Source of the DNA: an uncultured virus (IMG/VR IMGVR_UViG_3300021197_000608)
Taxonomy: Duplodnaviria > Heunggongvirae > Uroviricota > Caudoviricetes
IMG/VR virus record: IMGVR_UViG_3300021197_000608
DNA: 64,000 bases
Strand: one strand, 5' to 3'
Shown: piece by piece, positions 38,786 to 49,933 of the stretch
Numbering within the stretch: position 1 is the stretch's first letter
How the letters are laid out: each line of letters begins with the position of its first letter
Translations under genes and position numbers: made by a program
Notes under the pieces: model-generated
What the model was told of the DNA's origin: nothing
What the model saw: the letters and a program-made list of their open reading frames with translations, nothing else
Database searches by the model: none

Positions 38786-39991
38786 TTAAGCTGCCTCGTA
38801 AACGTCATCCCACTTACCATTAAGTCCAGCAACCTCATATTCGGTTACTCTATTCTCAAAGAAGTTAGTATGGTCTGCTCCATTCAATACCCACTCCAAC
38901 CACTGTAAAGGATTCTCTTTTACTTTATAGTTTCCTTTTAGTCCAAGTTGGATTAATCGTCTGTCTGTTATATATCTTATATATTGTTTTACTTCAGACT
39001 GTTCTAGTCCTTCAACCTCACCAAGTTTGTATGCAAGGTCAACAAAGTTATCTTCTAGTTTTACAGACTGTCTTGCCATCTCATATATAGTTGCTTTAAA
39101 TTCATCGTCAATAATACGAGGATGTTCTGCACAATATGCCTTGAAGAGTTTTGCAATTCCTTCAACGTGGATTGATTCATCACGAATACTCCACTCAACA
39201 ACTTTACCCATACCCTTCATCTTACCGTAACGCTGGAAGTTCAACAACATTACAAATGATGCAAACAAGGCAATACCTTCGTTCATCACAGACTTAGCCA
39301 TTGCAAATGCAAGTCCACGAACTGTATTTGGATCACTGTCCATCATAAACTCAATCTTATCTGCCATCTCTGTGTATTCTAAGAAGGCATGATATTCGGC
39401 ATCAGATAACCCAAGTGTCTCATTAAGAAGTGCATATGCACGTTGGTGAATAGCTTCTCTATTCGCAAACGAACCAAGCATATTTCGTACTTCGTTATTC
39501 TTAAATTTGGGAATAAGTTGGTCATAATAGTTTTGTCCTACTGCAACATCAGATTGTGTGAATAGTCTTAGGATGTTAGTGATATATTCTTTTTCAATCT
39601 CACTGACTTTGCCAGACTTCCAATCTGCAACATCTTCTGATAAATCAAGTTCGTCTTCAATCCAGTGAACTTTCTCATGTCTTGTTGTGATTTCAACTGC
39701 CCAAGGATAATGGAATGGTTTATATGTTTCAGAGAACACCATTAGTCCACCACCCTTTTTCTTTACGAACTGGTCGGCAATTGCAATAAACTGATCGTAT
39801 GTTCCAATCAACTTATCATCAATAAAGATTTGTGGAACAGAACGAGCATTAGGAACTCTCTGATAAAACGCAAGTCTCTGCTCTTCATCATCTAATCTAC
39901 TTTCTGTATACTCGTAACCATGTGAATCAAACCAATGTTTGGCCTTCTCACAAAATGGACAATTTGATTTACTGTAAATTTCTACCTTCAT
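38786..39991 (-). CDS. nrdB: class I ribonucleotide reductase beta subunit with N-terminal glutaredoxin
   Basis: CPFC..SVPQIFI Grx domain; EAIH..Y, DESIH, NFFE..TEY. Confidence 0.93.
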   Translation of the reverse strand: MKVEIYSKSNCPFCEKAKHWFDSHGYEYTESRLDDEEQRLAFYQRVPNARSVPQIFIDDKLIGTYDQFIAIADQFVKKKGGGLMVFSETYKPFHYPWAVEITTRHEKVHWIEDELDLSEDVADWKSGKVSEIEKEYITNILRLFTQSDVAVGQNYYDQLIPKFKNNEVRNMLGSFANREAIHQRAYALLNETLGLSDAEYHAFLEYTEMADKIEFMMDSDPNTVRGLAFAMAKSVMNEGIALFASFVMLLNFQRYGKMKGMGKVVEWSIRDESIHVEGIAKLFKAYCAEHPRIIDDEFKATIYEMARQSVKLEDNFVDLAYKLGEVEGLEQSEVKQYIRYITDRRLIQLGLKGNYKVKENPLQWLEWVLNGADHTNFFENRVTEYEVAGLNGKWDDVYEAA

Positions 39992-39994
39992 TTC

Positions 39995-41806
39995 TTACCC
40001 CTGACATGCGACACATTCATCTTGTGTCATAGTTTGTGTTTCAAAATCCTTTAGTGCATCTCTTGTTACTTTCTCAGCAACATTCTCTGCACGTTGTGAA
40101 GTCTCTGTTCTTAGATAGTACAGACCCTTCGTACCTAACTTCCACGCAGCAAAGTGTGCCTTATGTAAGTCTCTTTTATCTGCCCCAGCTGGGAAGAATA
40201 AGTTTAGTGATTGTCCTTGACAGAGATATTCTTGTCTGTCTGCACCTTGTTCAACCAAAACCATCTGATCGATTTCAATCGCTGTCTTAAAGACATTCTT
40301 GATTTTCTCTGATAGGAAGTCGAGGTGTTGGACTGAACCGCCATTTGTAATAATACTTGACCAAACATCTTGTGTGTTCTTCTTTACTTTCTTTAATTCT
40401 TGTTCTAAATATATATTCTTCACCAAATGAGAACCAGCACGAGTACGGTGTGTATATGCATTCGCTTTCATTGGTTCGATAGATGGTGATGTTCCAACAA
40501 TAATACTAGAGTTTGCATTGGGAGCAATTGCAAGTAGATGAGCGTTACGTCTACCAGTACCCATCATATCAGGAGCCTCACCCCTTTCTAACCCCATAGT
40601 GTTAGATTCCTTTGATGCTTCTTCTTTGATATATTTAAATACTTCTCTGTTTAGTTCTCTTGCTTCTACTGACTCAAAAGGAATTCTCTTCTGGTGTAAA
40701 AGAGAATGCCAACCCATAGCACCTAGTCCAAGACTACGTTCTTGTGTGGCTGAGTAGCGAGCACGCTGAATTTCATCGCCTGCATTGTCAATGAAAAACT
40801 GTAGAACATTGTCAAGAAAGCGAATAAGATCACGAACAACATTAGAATCCTTCCACTCATCATATTTCTCCAAGTTTAGAGAAGACAAACAACATACAGC
40901 AGTTCTATCTTCAGATGTGGGTAGGTGAATTTCATTGCAAAGATTTGAACCATTAATTTTCAAACCTTTAGCTTTCATAGTATGAGGAAGTGCTGCGTTT
41001 GCAGTATCAATAAAGTTTAGATATGGTTCACCTGTACGATATCTCACTTCTAGAATTTGTTGCCATAGTGTTCTTGCAGGCATTGTCTCACGAACATCGT
41101 GGTCATTAGGATCAATCAAATCCCACATTTCTCCACGTTCTACTGCTCTCATAAAAGAATCAGTAATATTAATCGCATGGTGCAAGTTAAGGTTCTTACG
41201 GTTTACATCACCAGTGGGAACTCTCATATTCAAGAACTCAATGATGTCTGGATGTGATACATCCATGTAAGCTGCATAAGAACCTTTCCTTGTCTTACCC
41301 TGACGATAGGCTGTCATGTCTGCATCTACTGTATGTAGAAACGGCATTGGGCCAGGCGCCTTATTAGAGATTGCACGAATGTCACTCCAATGTCCACCGA
41401 CACCACCACCTTTAACTGACAACCAGCGTAACTCTGCTGAATGGTCGATTAGTCCTTCTAGCGAATCTGGTACATAAGTTAGAAAACAAGAAATTGGTAA
41501 TGCTCTTGCTTTTTGTCCTGTCCTTGGTGCATTTGACAACACTGGTGAAGCAAACATAAACCAACCTTTTGAAACGTAATCATAGATTCTCTGTGCGAGT
41601 GCTAAGTCTCCATCACAGTATGCAACAGCAGCACGAGCATATGCTTCTTGCGGTGAATCTTCGTCTGATTTACAATAATAGTCCTTGAGTAGTTTGTATG
41701 CTTGTTCTGATAAATCTTTGTCTCTGTTTTTGTCTATAGTAATGCCAAGGTGGTCAAGACCAGTTTCCTCAGCACTTGGGAATGTTACTACGTTCTCAAG
41801 GGCCAT
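39995..41806 (-). CDS. nrdA: class I ribonucleotide reductase alpha subunit
   Basis: ISCF, SNLCNEI, APNANSS, LYY, C-terminal CVAC. Confidence 0.95.
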   Translation of the reverse strand: MALENVVTFPSAEETGLDHLGITIDKNRDKDLSEQAYKLLKDYYCKSDEDSPQEAYARAAVAYCDGDLALAQRIYDYVSKGWFMFASPVLSNAPRTGQKARALPISCFLTYVPDSLEGLIDHSAELRWLSVKGGGVGGHWSDIRAISNKAPGPMPFLHTVDADMTAYRQGKTRKGSYAAYMDVSHPDIIEFLNMRVPTGDVNRKNLNLHHAINITDSFMRAVERGEMWDLIDPNDHDVRETMPARTLWQQILEVRYRTGEPYLNFIDTANAALPHTMKAKGLKINGSNLCNEIHLPTSEDRTAVCCLSSLNLEKYDEWKDSNVVRDLIRFLDNVLQFFIDNAGDEIQRARYSATQERSLGLGAMGWHSLLHQKRIPFESVEARELNREVFKYIKEEASKESNTMGLERGEAPDMMGTGRRNAHLLAIAPNANSSIIVGTSPSIEPMKANAYTHRTRAGSHLVKNIYLEQELKKVKKNTQDVWSSIITNGGSVQHLDFLSEKIKNVFKTAIEIDQMVLVEQGADRQEYLCQGQSLNLFFPAGADKRDLHKAHFAAWKLGTKGLYYLRTETSQRAENVAEKVTRDALKDFETQTMTQDECVACQG

Positions 41807-41826
41807 TTATAATTCTCCTAATGTTT

Positions 41827-42855
41827 CTATGTCCGCTTCCACGAGTTGAAAACGGTTAATGCTTCTAATCCGTGATGGGTGTTACTATGTATACATTCCG
41901 TAATTTCTAGAAATGTCATACCACCCAAAATCATATCGTTAACATCTTTTTCTTCAGTTGAAGATGGCCATAAACAAACACGATATCCATCGTTTATGCA
42001 CCGTTCTATTTGTTTGCAAACTTCCTTATTCCTTGGTTCGTTATCTGGAACAAGGATTGCTTTATCTTTGTAATCAGGTACACGCAAATCACTTTGAGCA
42101 ACCGCAATACAATTGTTAAGAAATAAACTATCAAGAGGGCCTTCCACGACAAGAATATCGTTAGAAGTGTCCACCCTGTTAAGACCAAAAATCTTCGGAT
42201 GGTTCTCATCCAGAATGATGGTGATGTATTTCTGTGGTTCGTCACCAAACGCTCGTCCTTGATATGCAAATATTTCACCATTCGTTTTTCTGAATGGTAT
42301 AATCATCCTTGGATGATCGCCTACCAATGATGGGAATTTGTTAGGTATAAACCTATTCGTAAACTCTAAAAAGTTTGGACAGTAATATATATCATTCCAA
42401 GACTCTTCAGGCAGTTTTCTTTGAAGAAAAATATTCTTTGCTGGATGTTTTTCATTCATATATGCAAATGATTTTAGTCCAGCGAAAGAAACCTTTTTCT
42501 TAAATTTTGGAGCAGTAAAATCAAAGTCTGGTTTAGGAACAGATTGTCCTGATCCTTTACCACCCCTACCATTTGATGTTTGCCCCTCTTTATATCTCTC
42601 CAAAGAATATTCTTTAAATAATCCAGCATCAACATGTTCTATCAATTTAGATAGTGTTGTACCAAAAGCGCAGTTGTGACATTTGTAGAACAATTCATTC
42701 TTTGTTCTATAAACAAAACCTCTAGCTTTCTTACGGTTCTTTGTTGAATCACCACAATACGGACAAGAAAAATTCCACAAAAAATCACTCTTCTTTGTGA
42801 AGTTTCTTAGTCTAGGGCCAATAAGGGATATATACTTTGTGTCGATATAATTCAT
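41827..42855 (-). CDS. 61: DNA primase gp61
   Basis: CPYCGD..CHNC zinc finger; VEGPLDSLF; DNEPRN; KDVND. Confidence 0.93.
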   Translation of the reverse strand: MNYIDTKYISLIGPRLRNFTKKSDFLWNFSCPYCGDSTKNRKKARGFVYRTKNELFYKCHNCAFGTTLSKLIEHVDAGLFKEYSLERYKEGQTSNGRGGKGSGQSVPKPDFDFTAPKFKKKVSFAGLKSFAYMNEKHPAKNIFLQRKLPEESWNDIYYCPNFLEFTNRFIPNKFPSLVGDHPRMIIPFRKTNGEIFAYQGRAFGDEPQKYITIILDENHPKIFGLNRVDTSNDILVVEGPLDSLFLNNCIAVAQSDLRVPDYKDKAILVPDNEPRNKEVCKQIERCINDGYRVCLWPSSTEEKDVNDMILGGMTFLEITECIHSNTHHGLEALTVFNSWKRT

Positions 42856-42896
42856 AAGTCATAATATACACGATTTCACCATCAATGTCAATAGAT

Positions 42897-43352
42897 TTAC
42901 ATAAAGATTGGTAGTATCTCTGTTAATGCAAAACCTACAACAATGGAAGCACCTATAATTAGATATCTCCATTTCTCCAGTACACCTACTCTGGTTTGTA
43001 TTTCTTCTCGCAGTCTCATAATCTGTTCGGTTGACTGTTGACTATGCTGACTCATAGCATCAACTAGTCTACGTTCTACCTCTGACATATGCTGAGAGGT
43101 TTCTTTAGCATTAGTCGTAATACGAGAGTGTAGTTCTTGTACACTCTCCCTAAATTCTTTTTCGTTTTCTTCCAATGCCTCTTCCTGCCTAATTAGTTTT
43201 TCTTCGTGGACAGCCATGATTGTATGTAATGAAGATGACACATCTGCAATTTTTTCGATAGCAGAATCTAAACGGATATGAATTTGTTTCATATCCGTCA
43301 CTTCTCTTTTTAGAAGTTCTACTTCTGTTTCAAGACTTTTTACTGTTGCCAT
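42897..43352 (-). CDS. coiled-coil protein with C-terminal TM
   Basis: AVHEEKL..LEKWRY followed by a TM. Confidence 0.6.
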   Translation of the reverse strand: MATVKSLETEVELLKREVTDMKQIHIRLDSAIEKIADVSSSLHTIMAVHEEKLIRQEEALEENEKEFRESVQELHSRITTNAKETSQHMSEVERRLVDAMSQHSQQSTEQIMRLREEIQTRVGVLEKWRYLIIGASIVVGFALTEILPIFM

Positions 43353-43619
43353 TTTCTAACATCTCAATTCTTTTCTCTAATTCATCTATCTTCTTTGTAA
43401 CATGTGGATACTTTTTTCTCCATGCATCTTCTGGTTGTTGCAACCAAGTCCACCCCCATCTGTCTATTAGATAGTCTAGGATTTGGTCAAACTTACCATA
43501 ACTCCATATTCCAATATGTGTACCTTTAAAATATGCAACGAATGCTGCACCAAATATAGAACCAGCTAATGCAGTATAAATCCATAGACGGTCAGTAAAC
43601 ATTGATTCCAACATATCTA

Positions 43620-44357
43620 TCATTTATTTATTCCTTCTGCATATACTGGGTCAGTATATTTTACATAGTATACCATACCATGATCGTATGCACCGTCAAA
43701 TGGTTGTCCTTTTTTGAAAGCTCTCCATCTACCTCTCCACTTATCTTTTATAATTTGCCATAGTGACATTTTTCTTATGTGTCCAAAATAATTGATATAT
43801 GTCAAGTCTCCATGATGTTTATATCCCATGAAGAATAGTGGAACAGTTGTTACTATATCATTATTATTTACGACTCGTGTATGAGGTGTTGTAATATTCT
43901 TTACAAACTTTCTAGTTCCAACACGAGGTGAACCATAAGTGTAAAGATGTTCGACTTTTGTGGACTCCTCAAGTCTTGAGGTTGCGATAGTCGCCATTGC
44001 AGCTCCTAGTGAATGTCCACAAATATATAATTTCTTGTTCTTGTGATCGGAATGGTGTTGTAGTATTGCATCCCAAATCTTATCTAATTCATTTCTAAAC
44101 CCAGAGTGAACCCACCCCTTTGTCATTGCACCACGAGGTATAGCATTTAAGTCTGCAAGAACATCTGATATCTCTGATGGTTCTGTTCCTCTAAAAACTA
44201 GTGCATATTCTTTATCATTTGATACAGCATAACATTGAGCGCCGTCCATATCAAAATATTTTATTTCTGTGTATCCTAATCCTGAAAATGGGGCATCCTG
44301 TTTGTTCATGTACGCATACATAGACGCCTTTGCAAATTTATTGATCTGTTCCCTCAT
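43620..44357 (-). CDS. class 3 lipase
   Basis: FRGTE, VHSGF, GHSLG, YGSPRVG, DIV..VP, DH. Confidence 0.9.
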   Translation of the reverse strand: MREQINKFAKASMYAYMNKQDAPFSGLGYTEIKYFDMDGAQCYAVSNDKEYALVFRGTEPSEISDVLADLNAIPRGAMTKGWVHSGFRNELDKIWDAILQHHSDHKNKKLYICGHSLGAAMATIATSRLEESTKVEHLYTYGSPRVGTRKFVKNITTPHTRVVNNNDIVTTVPLFFMGYKHHGDLTYINYFGHIRKMSLWQIIKDKWRGRWRAFKKGQPFDGAYDHGMVYYVKYTDPVYAEGINK

Positions 44358-44739
44358 CGGCGGTATCCTCTATTGGTTTCACTGCCTCTTCATAATATAG
44401 AATTATTTGTTTTTGTTGTTCTATATATCTTCTTAATTCTGCAAAGTTCTTCGATAAATTCTCATAGTCTTTTACTGATATTGCAACATAAGAATCTGTT
44501 CCATTCTTAGCGGTAAACTCTTTCATAAAATCTTCAAAGTTTTCTTCTGGAGAAACTACATAGATTTTAATTTCATTCATTCTTACAGATCTTGGAGCTG
44601 GAACTGTTGGTATGTTTCGCTCTACAAGTTTTGTTACTGTAACAACTTCTTTTTCTGGTCTGAACGTACTACAACTACTCAGGAGTAGAGTTGTCACTAG
44701 TAGCAGACTCAAGGTCAACCCATAGTTTGTCTGTCGCAT
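44338..44739 (-). CDS. o-spanin-like lipoprotein
   Basis: lipobox LLSSC; start overlaps the end of the upstream TM/coiled-coil gene. Confidence 0.6.
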   Translation of the reverse strand: MRQTNYGLTLSLLLVTTLLLSSCSTFRPEKEVVTVTKLVERNIPTVPAPRSVRMNEIKIYVVSPEENFEDFMKEFTAKNGTDSYVAISVKDYENLSKNFAELRRYIEQQKQIILYYEEAVKPIEDTADEGTDQ

Positions 44740-45067
44740 TTTGCATTCTCTTTTCAATCAGGCCTGGTTTTTTATTCGCCAAGTGTGTTAAATTATGTTT
44801 ATTCAAAGTTTCACGAAGCTCATCTCCGTACACTTCTGACTTTCTCAAGTCCTTGTTAAGTTGATCTGTGAGAGCATTCAAACGTACATTATTTTTTTCC
44901 ATCTTTATGATAGTCGCTTGGTTCTCTTGATTTGCAACTTCTAGTTTTGCATTGTTCTCACGCAACTGAGCAATAGTTGACTGTGTTGTATCATAGTAAT
45001 ACTTGGCGGCATAAGTTGCACCGCCAAGTATTCCAAGTATGATAACTAGTGCATATATTTTAATCAT
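44675..45067 (-). CDS. i-spanin-like protein
   Basis: N-terminal TM followed by a coiled coil. Confidence 0.6.
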   Translation of the reverse strand: MIKIYALVIILGILGGATYAAKYYYDTTQSTIAQLRENNAKLEVANQENQATIIKMEKNNVRLNALTDQLNKDLRKSEVYGDELRETLNKHNLTHLANKKPGLIEKRMQNATDKLWVDLESATSDNSTPE

Positions 45068-46043
45068 CGTGTGAGTGCTTCTCTATCCTACCATGTAACT
45101 CTTGTAAGGAGTCTTCTGCATCCCACTCAATCTCATCTATCCATTCTTCTATCTGAGCAAATGAGTTTGCAACCTTGACTTCAAATTCGTGTTGAAAATC
45201 ATGTAGTGATTTCATCTGAACAGTAAAGGTGTCATTTATTAGTTCATCTTGACTGTTTACATGTACACCCATTCCATCAATACGATTATGTGTTTCAAGT
45301 ATTGCATCAAGAGTTTTCTGATTCAATTCCTCAATATCTTTTTGTAATTGTTTCACATCGTTGAGGAGAGTAACTTCCTTTTCAATTTCACTTTTCGCAG
45401 TAAGTTCTGCAACTTCACTCTTTAACAAATCTATTGTCTGAGCTTGTTGAGCTGTCCACCATACAAAGGCAGACACCTGTAACACTATTGCAATAACTAT
45501 ACCAATACTAAATTTCATGGTCATCTTCATCTCTTTCTTTCAAAATTGTTCTCATAACATCACTAGCAGTATTTGGAAAATATCTAGGAGCGATACTATG
45601 AATCAAAAGTGCAGGCACACATAGTTGTAATAGTACCGCTGTTTTGAGAGCACGTTTCATATGTTGCCCACCTGTCATTCCTACTTCTTCTAGATGTAAC
45701 TTGCACTTTTTACTTAACATTACATTAACTTTCTTCTAATCCACATTACTATGGCGTATACAGTTATACCGTAAACCGTTGCGACTCCAATGTCTACAAG
45801 GTGTTCACGCATATGATAGATAAATTCTATCCCTGCTTGTACATCACCTTCCATTATTCAGACTTCCACATAGTCCACACACCCCATGCAATTGCAATTC
45901 CAGCTGCAATCTTAGCGAGTGGTGCCATAAAAAGAATCATTAGTCCTAGTGCAACACATACTGCACCATCTAATGTAGTTCTTTCACCTAGTCTGTTTTT
46001 AATCCATCCTCTTATACCAGTTTTGGTTTTTTTGGTTGGTTTC

Positions 46044-47042
46044 TTAGCCATTTCTAGCCTCCTTTATGTATTTTCCATAGTTATCTTTATTCATAACTAG
46101 GAACATTTTTTCTGCAAGTAAGTTACCAGCAACATAATCTGCAAGGTAATGAAACCCTGCTTTCACCCTACCTAGTCCACACTCTTTTGCGGCTTTTGTG
46201 ATACCGTCTGTGTGTTCTGGAAACTTTGCAGAAACGTATAGTCCAACCAACATTGATTGTGTTGCATGTCCACTAGGATATGATCTTGTTTTGTTAGTTG
46301 TACTAGACATTGGTTTGATAGACGGATCAACTTCGTGTGGTCTATCAAGGTTAAATTGTTCTTTAAAATACCCAATGGTGGGTTTGGCCTGCATAATAAT
46401 ATCTCTCATTTCAGTATCGTGAAATATCAAACCATGTTCTTCACAATACTTTTCAATAGCGTAAAATGAATTCTCATCATGGTCACGAATGGACTGTTCA
46501 TCTTCTGGAGTTCTATTCGCAATAATCTGTTTTACCTTATCTGCCTCTTTCTGTAAATCAGTAGGAGGTTCAGGTAAAGTAATCCGTTCATATAATTTTT
46601 CAGGAAAAAATTCAAACGCTTCAAAACTTAATTTGGGGTTTGATGTTGCAAAGTTAGTTTTTCTCATAACTGTCTTTGCAATTAAATCTAGTTCCTTTCC
46701 ATCCCACTTTAGGACGAAAGGCATATTGATATCTGTCTGCATATCATTTAAGACTGCTTCGGCGTCTGGCCCCAGTTTCGCAATCTTTTTACCAAACTTC
46801 TTGTAACTCTGCTTAAACATCCGAATAAGCTCCGCCACAGTAATCTGTTTCTTGTTTCGTGCGTCATTGACCCTATCTAAAAAATGTCTGGTAAATTCTA
46901 CGTCAATACCAGCGGCAGCATATAATCTATCTGCATATTTTTCTACACCGTTTAAATCGTTCTTTGAAAGTTTTGCACCACCAGTTTGTGCATTCAAATC
47001 AGCAATTGGATGTACTTTGGCAAACTGATTAAAGGTTTTCAT
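46044..47042 (-). CDS. CTS-like N-terminus + unknown domain + PAP2/acid phosphatase domain
   Basis: MKTFNQF; KxxxxxxRP, SYPSGH and GRxxAGFHYxxD PAP2 motifs. Confidence 0.8.
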   Translation of the reverse strand: MKTFNQFAKVHPIADLNAQTGGAKLSKNDLNGVEKYADRLYAAAGIDVEFTRHFLDRVNDARNKKQITVAELIRMFKQSYKKFGKKIAKLGPDAEAVLNDMQTDINMPFVLKWDGKELDLIAKTVMRKTNFATSNPKLSFEAFEFFPEKLYERITLPEPPTDLQKEADKVKQIIANRTPEDEQSIRDHDENSFYAIEKYCEEHGLIFHDTEMRDIIMQAKPTIGYFKEQFNLDRPHEVDPSIKPMSSTTNKTRSYPSGHATQSMLVGLYVSAKFPEHTDGITKAAKECGLGRVKAGFHYLADYVAGNLLAEKMFLVMNKDNYGKYIKEARNG

Positions 47043-48971
47043 TACTTTACCTTTGAAAGTGCAAAGTCAGCCATTTTCATAAATTGTGCTTTTGTTCCAT
47101 TCAACATCTTTTGTAGTTTCTGTTGATTAGAACGATTTACTGCGTCATATACTTGTGTAATAGCAGAGGCTGTGAACAAGTCCACTTTCATAGAACCATC
47201 TTTGAATTTAATATTCTGGTTCTGTTTTCTCTTTACAATATTCTTTAGAACATCTATATTGTCTTCTGCAAGGATAGATGCACGTTCCATAGTAGTCTCT
47301 TGGACTTTTTGTGCGAGTTTTGTTTTCATTGCTTCTCTCTTTGCTTTCCGTTCCGACATTCTTTTGTAGAAGGTTCTTGCTTCTTTTGTTCTACCATCGT
47401 ATGGGTTTTTCTTTTTCTTCTTAGGCATTCTCCAATGCACTGGATCATCACCAGTACCAGCAACAGCAGCACCTGATGCATTTGCTGGTGCATCCTCATC
47501 TACTTTCTTGAGGCCCAACATTGGATCATCATAGAACCTTTTCATCATGTCATCAAATTTTAGACTCATAATAGATCCCCTATATCCGCTTCTTTAATAT
47601 CTTCAGCAGAAACAAATATCTTCTGCTTTGTTTTCTTATGTATTACTGGAAATACATCAACACCCAGAATTGTATCTGCGGCTGGTGTATCTTCAAATAC
47701 TTCTACTTCATCGCCCTCTAGTGCATCTATCTCATCTTGTTCTTCACCAGATGTTACTACGTCTTGCACGAGAACATAAATTCCTTTTGACAACTTACCA
47801 TTGTCAAGTGTTACTTCCTCAACGATAGTATCGTCAAGTTCCATGTCATTTTCTTGTAGATATTTAATGAACTCACGTTCAAACATCTTTTCATCCTCGA
47901 CATGTTCTTTAAAGGTATCCTTTAAAAGAAACAATGCAGCTGCATATGTGCCTAATCTTGTTCTTAATCCAGGCACCTTCTGAAATATTTTCTTAATGTT
48001 AAATACCAGTTTGTGTAGAATTGTATACGCATTCTTTTCAGATACTTTATACAATGTCTTATCAGTTCTGTTTCCATCTTTGTCGATGATGCCCATCTTA
48101 AATGCATCAGTCCTGTCAAACGGTGTTGTTAACAGTTTGATAAAACGGTAGGTAACAAATAAATCAATCGCTCTTCCCATTATAGTTTCTCTAATACCTT
48201 TTTAATATCTTGTATTTGTTCTACTTCTGGTATCTCACCATCTGGTAACATATTTAAAAATACCATGAATGTTTTAAGAACACTCCATAATTCTGGTTCA
48301 ATTTTAAACAACAACAAAGTAGAAGCTGCATCTGCACCAAAAACATTATTGATAACAATCATATGATTAAGTATAAGGCGTTCTTTTAGTTCACCTGTTT
48401 CGTTATACTTTCTCAATAAACGCTTAACATATTTAAAGCGTTTCATGTCATCGTTGAATTCGGTTTCACCTTCACATTGTGGATTATCATAATGTTTAAT
48501 AGCAAACATAATGATATTGTCTTTACTTAATTTTTCAAACATAATAACCTTGTCGTTTTAAACGATTTTGGCTCTGATAAAATGAGTTCCTGCTTGAGTT
48601 TTTTCGTGCATGATTTCAATTGATCTTCCACCTTCAACTTTGTGTGAAATGCCGTCATCGTCAATCTTTTCGTGATCGTCATCTTCTCCAAAACGTCCAC
48701 CAAACTGTGACAATGGCATAGAAACTTTGCCACCTTCACCAAGATCAACATCACCAAAAGAAATAGATAAACGTCCAAGTTTTTCTCTAAGTTTATTCAT
48801 AGCGTGTTCTGGAACTAGATACTCTATATTTCCCATTGCACCCAAGAATGAATTAATTCTTTCAACTGATTCTGGTTTAGCGAGGTCGTTAGTGAAGTCA
48901 GAACCGTCTACTGGATAACCACCATCGACTGCTTTTTCAGTCAAATGTTTTTTAAACGTCTTCATCTTCAT
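47042..48971 (-). other. four conserved T4-like late hypothetical genes
   Basis: 47042-47569, 47566-48180, 48180-48542 and 48558-48971 (MKTFKKHLTE); mostly translationally coupled. Confidence 0.7.
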
Positions 48972-49160
48972 TTTCCTCTTCTTCTAATTCTTCTTCCAGA
49001 TCATCCCAACTTACTTCATCCTCATCAACCAATGTAGCCTCTACTGGAGAGGCTACATCTTCATTTGGGTTGACTTCTAGGATTTCTTGAAGGGCTTCTG
49101 GTTTATTTTCAGGCATTGGTTTGCCATTTGCACCATATCTGATAGCCATCAAATTACTCC

Positions 49161-49625
49161 TTAAGCGATTGTTGCACCAACATTTGCAAGAAGTGTCCAC
49201 TTGCTGTTTGTAAAGATAAGTGTTACTGTATCATTTACATCAGCAAAAGTGATGGTTGAACCATTTGCAAAGTTAGAGGGTGTTATAACAGCGTTACCAC
49301 CATCAGCAATCATTGTGATGATTTTGATTTGTCCGTTAGAACCATCTGCAAGTCCAGATGCATGAGCACCACCAGCAGCTACAGTATTAATATGAGTAAT
49401 AGATGTACCTGTTGTTGATGTTACGTCTGGGGCAGCAGAAGTGTTAGAAATTACTTGTGCAGCACCATCCAAACCAATCCAAGTTGGAATGTTTTGAACT
49501 GTGTCACGAACAGTAATCTTTTTATTGACAGGGTTTCCTGCTGGATCGTCAATAACGTGAAGTAGATCTTCGGCAGCAAGTCCTGTTCCTAGATCGTTTA
49601 GTGCTGTAATTTTTTTATCAGCCAT
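49161..49625 (-). CDS. virion structural-like protein
   Basis: MADKKITAL N-terminus; Thr/Ala/Gly-rich beta composition. Confidence 0.55.
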   Translation of the reverse strand: MADKKITALNDLGTGLAAEDLLHVIDDPAGNPVNKKITVRDTVQNIPTWIGLDGAAQVISNTSAAPDVTSTTGTSITHINTVAAGGAHASGLADGSNGQIKIITMIADGGNAVITPSNFANGSTITFADVNDTVTLIFTNSKWTLLANVGATIA

Positions 49626-49933
49626 TTGTTTTCTCCTTAATTGTTAAAACCCTCAACTCAGTGCAGTTTGCACTGCACTATCGTCTTGCGAGGGGATGCT
49701 ACTGGCGGGATTCGCCTCACCTAATAGGTTTAGAAAAACGTCACATTGTTGCATTGCACCACTTAGTGCATTACCCTGTGCTGTCAACTGTACCTTCATA
49801 TTATCTACGTTTTGCATTTGAGTTTGAACCTTTTCAAAATCTGTCTGCAATTGTGTCTTATATTCTTCAATTTCACTGACACTTAGTGTCTTACCATTTT
49901 TTTTCATTAATCACTCCATTATTATAGTATTAT

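Noticed and set aside
38786..41806. Introns or inteins in nrdA/nrdB
   Set aside because: Both frames are continuous, of ordinary length and lack splice motifs
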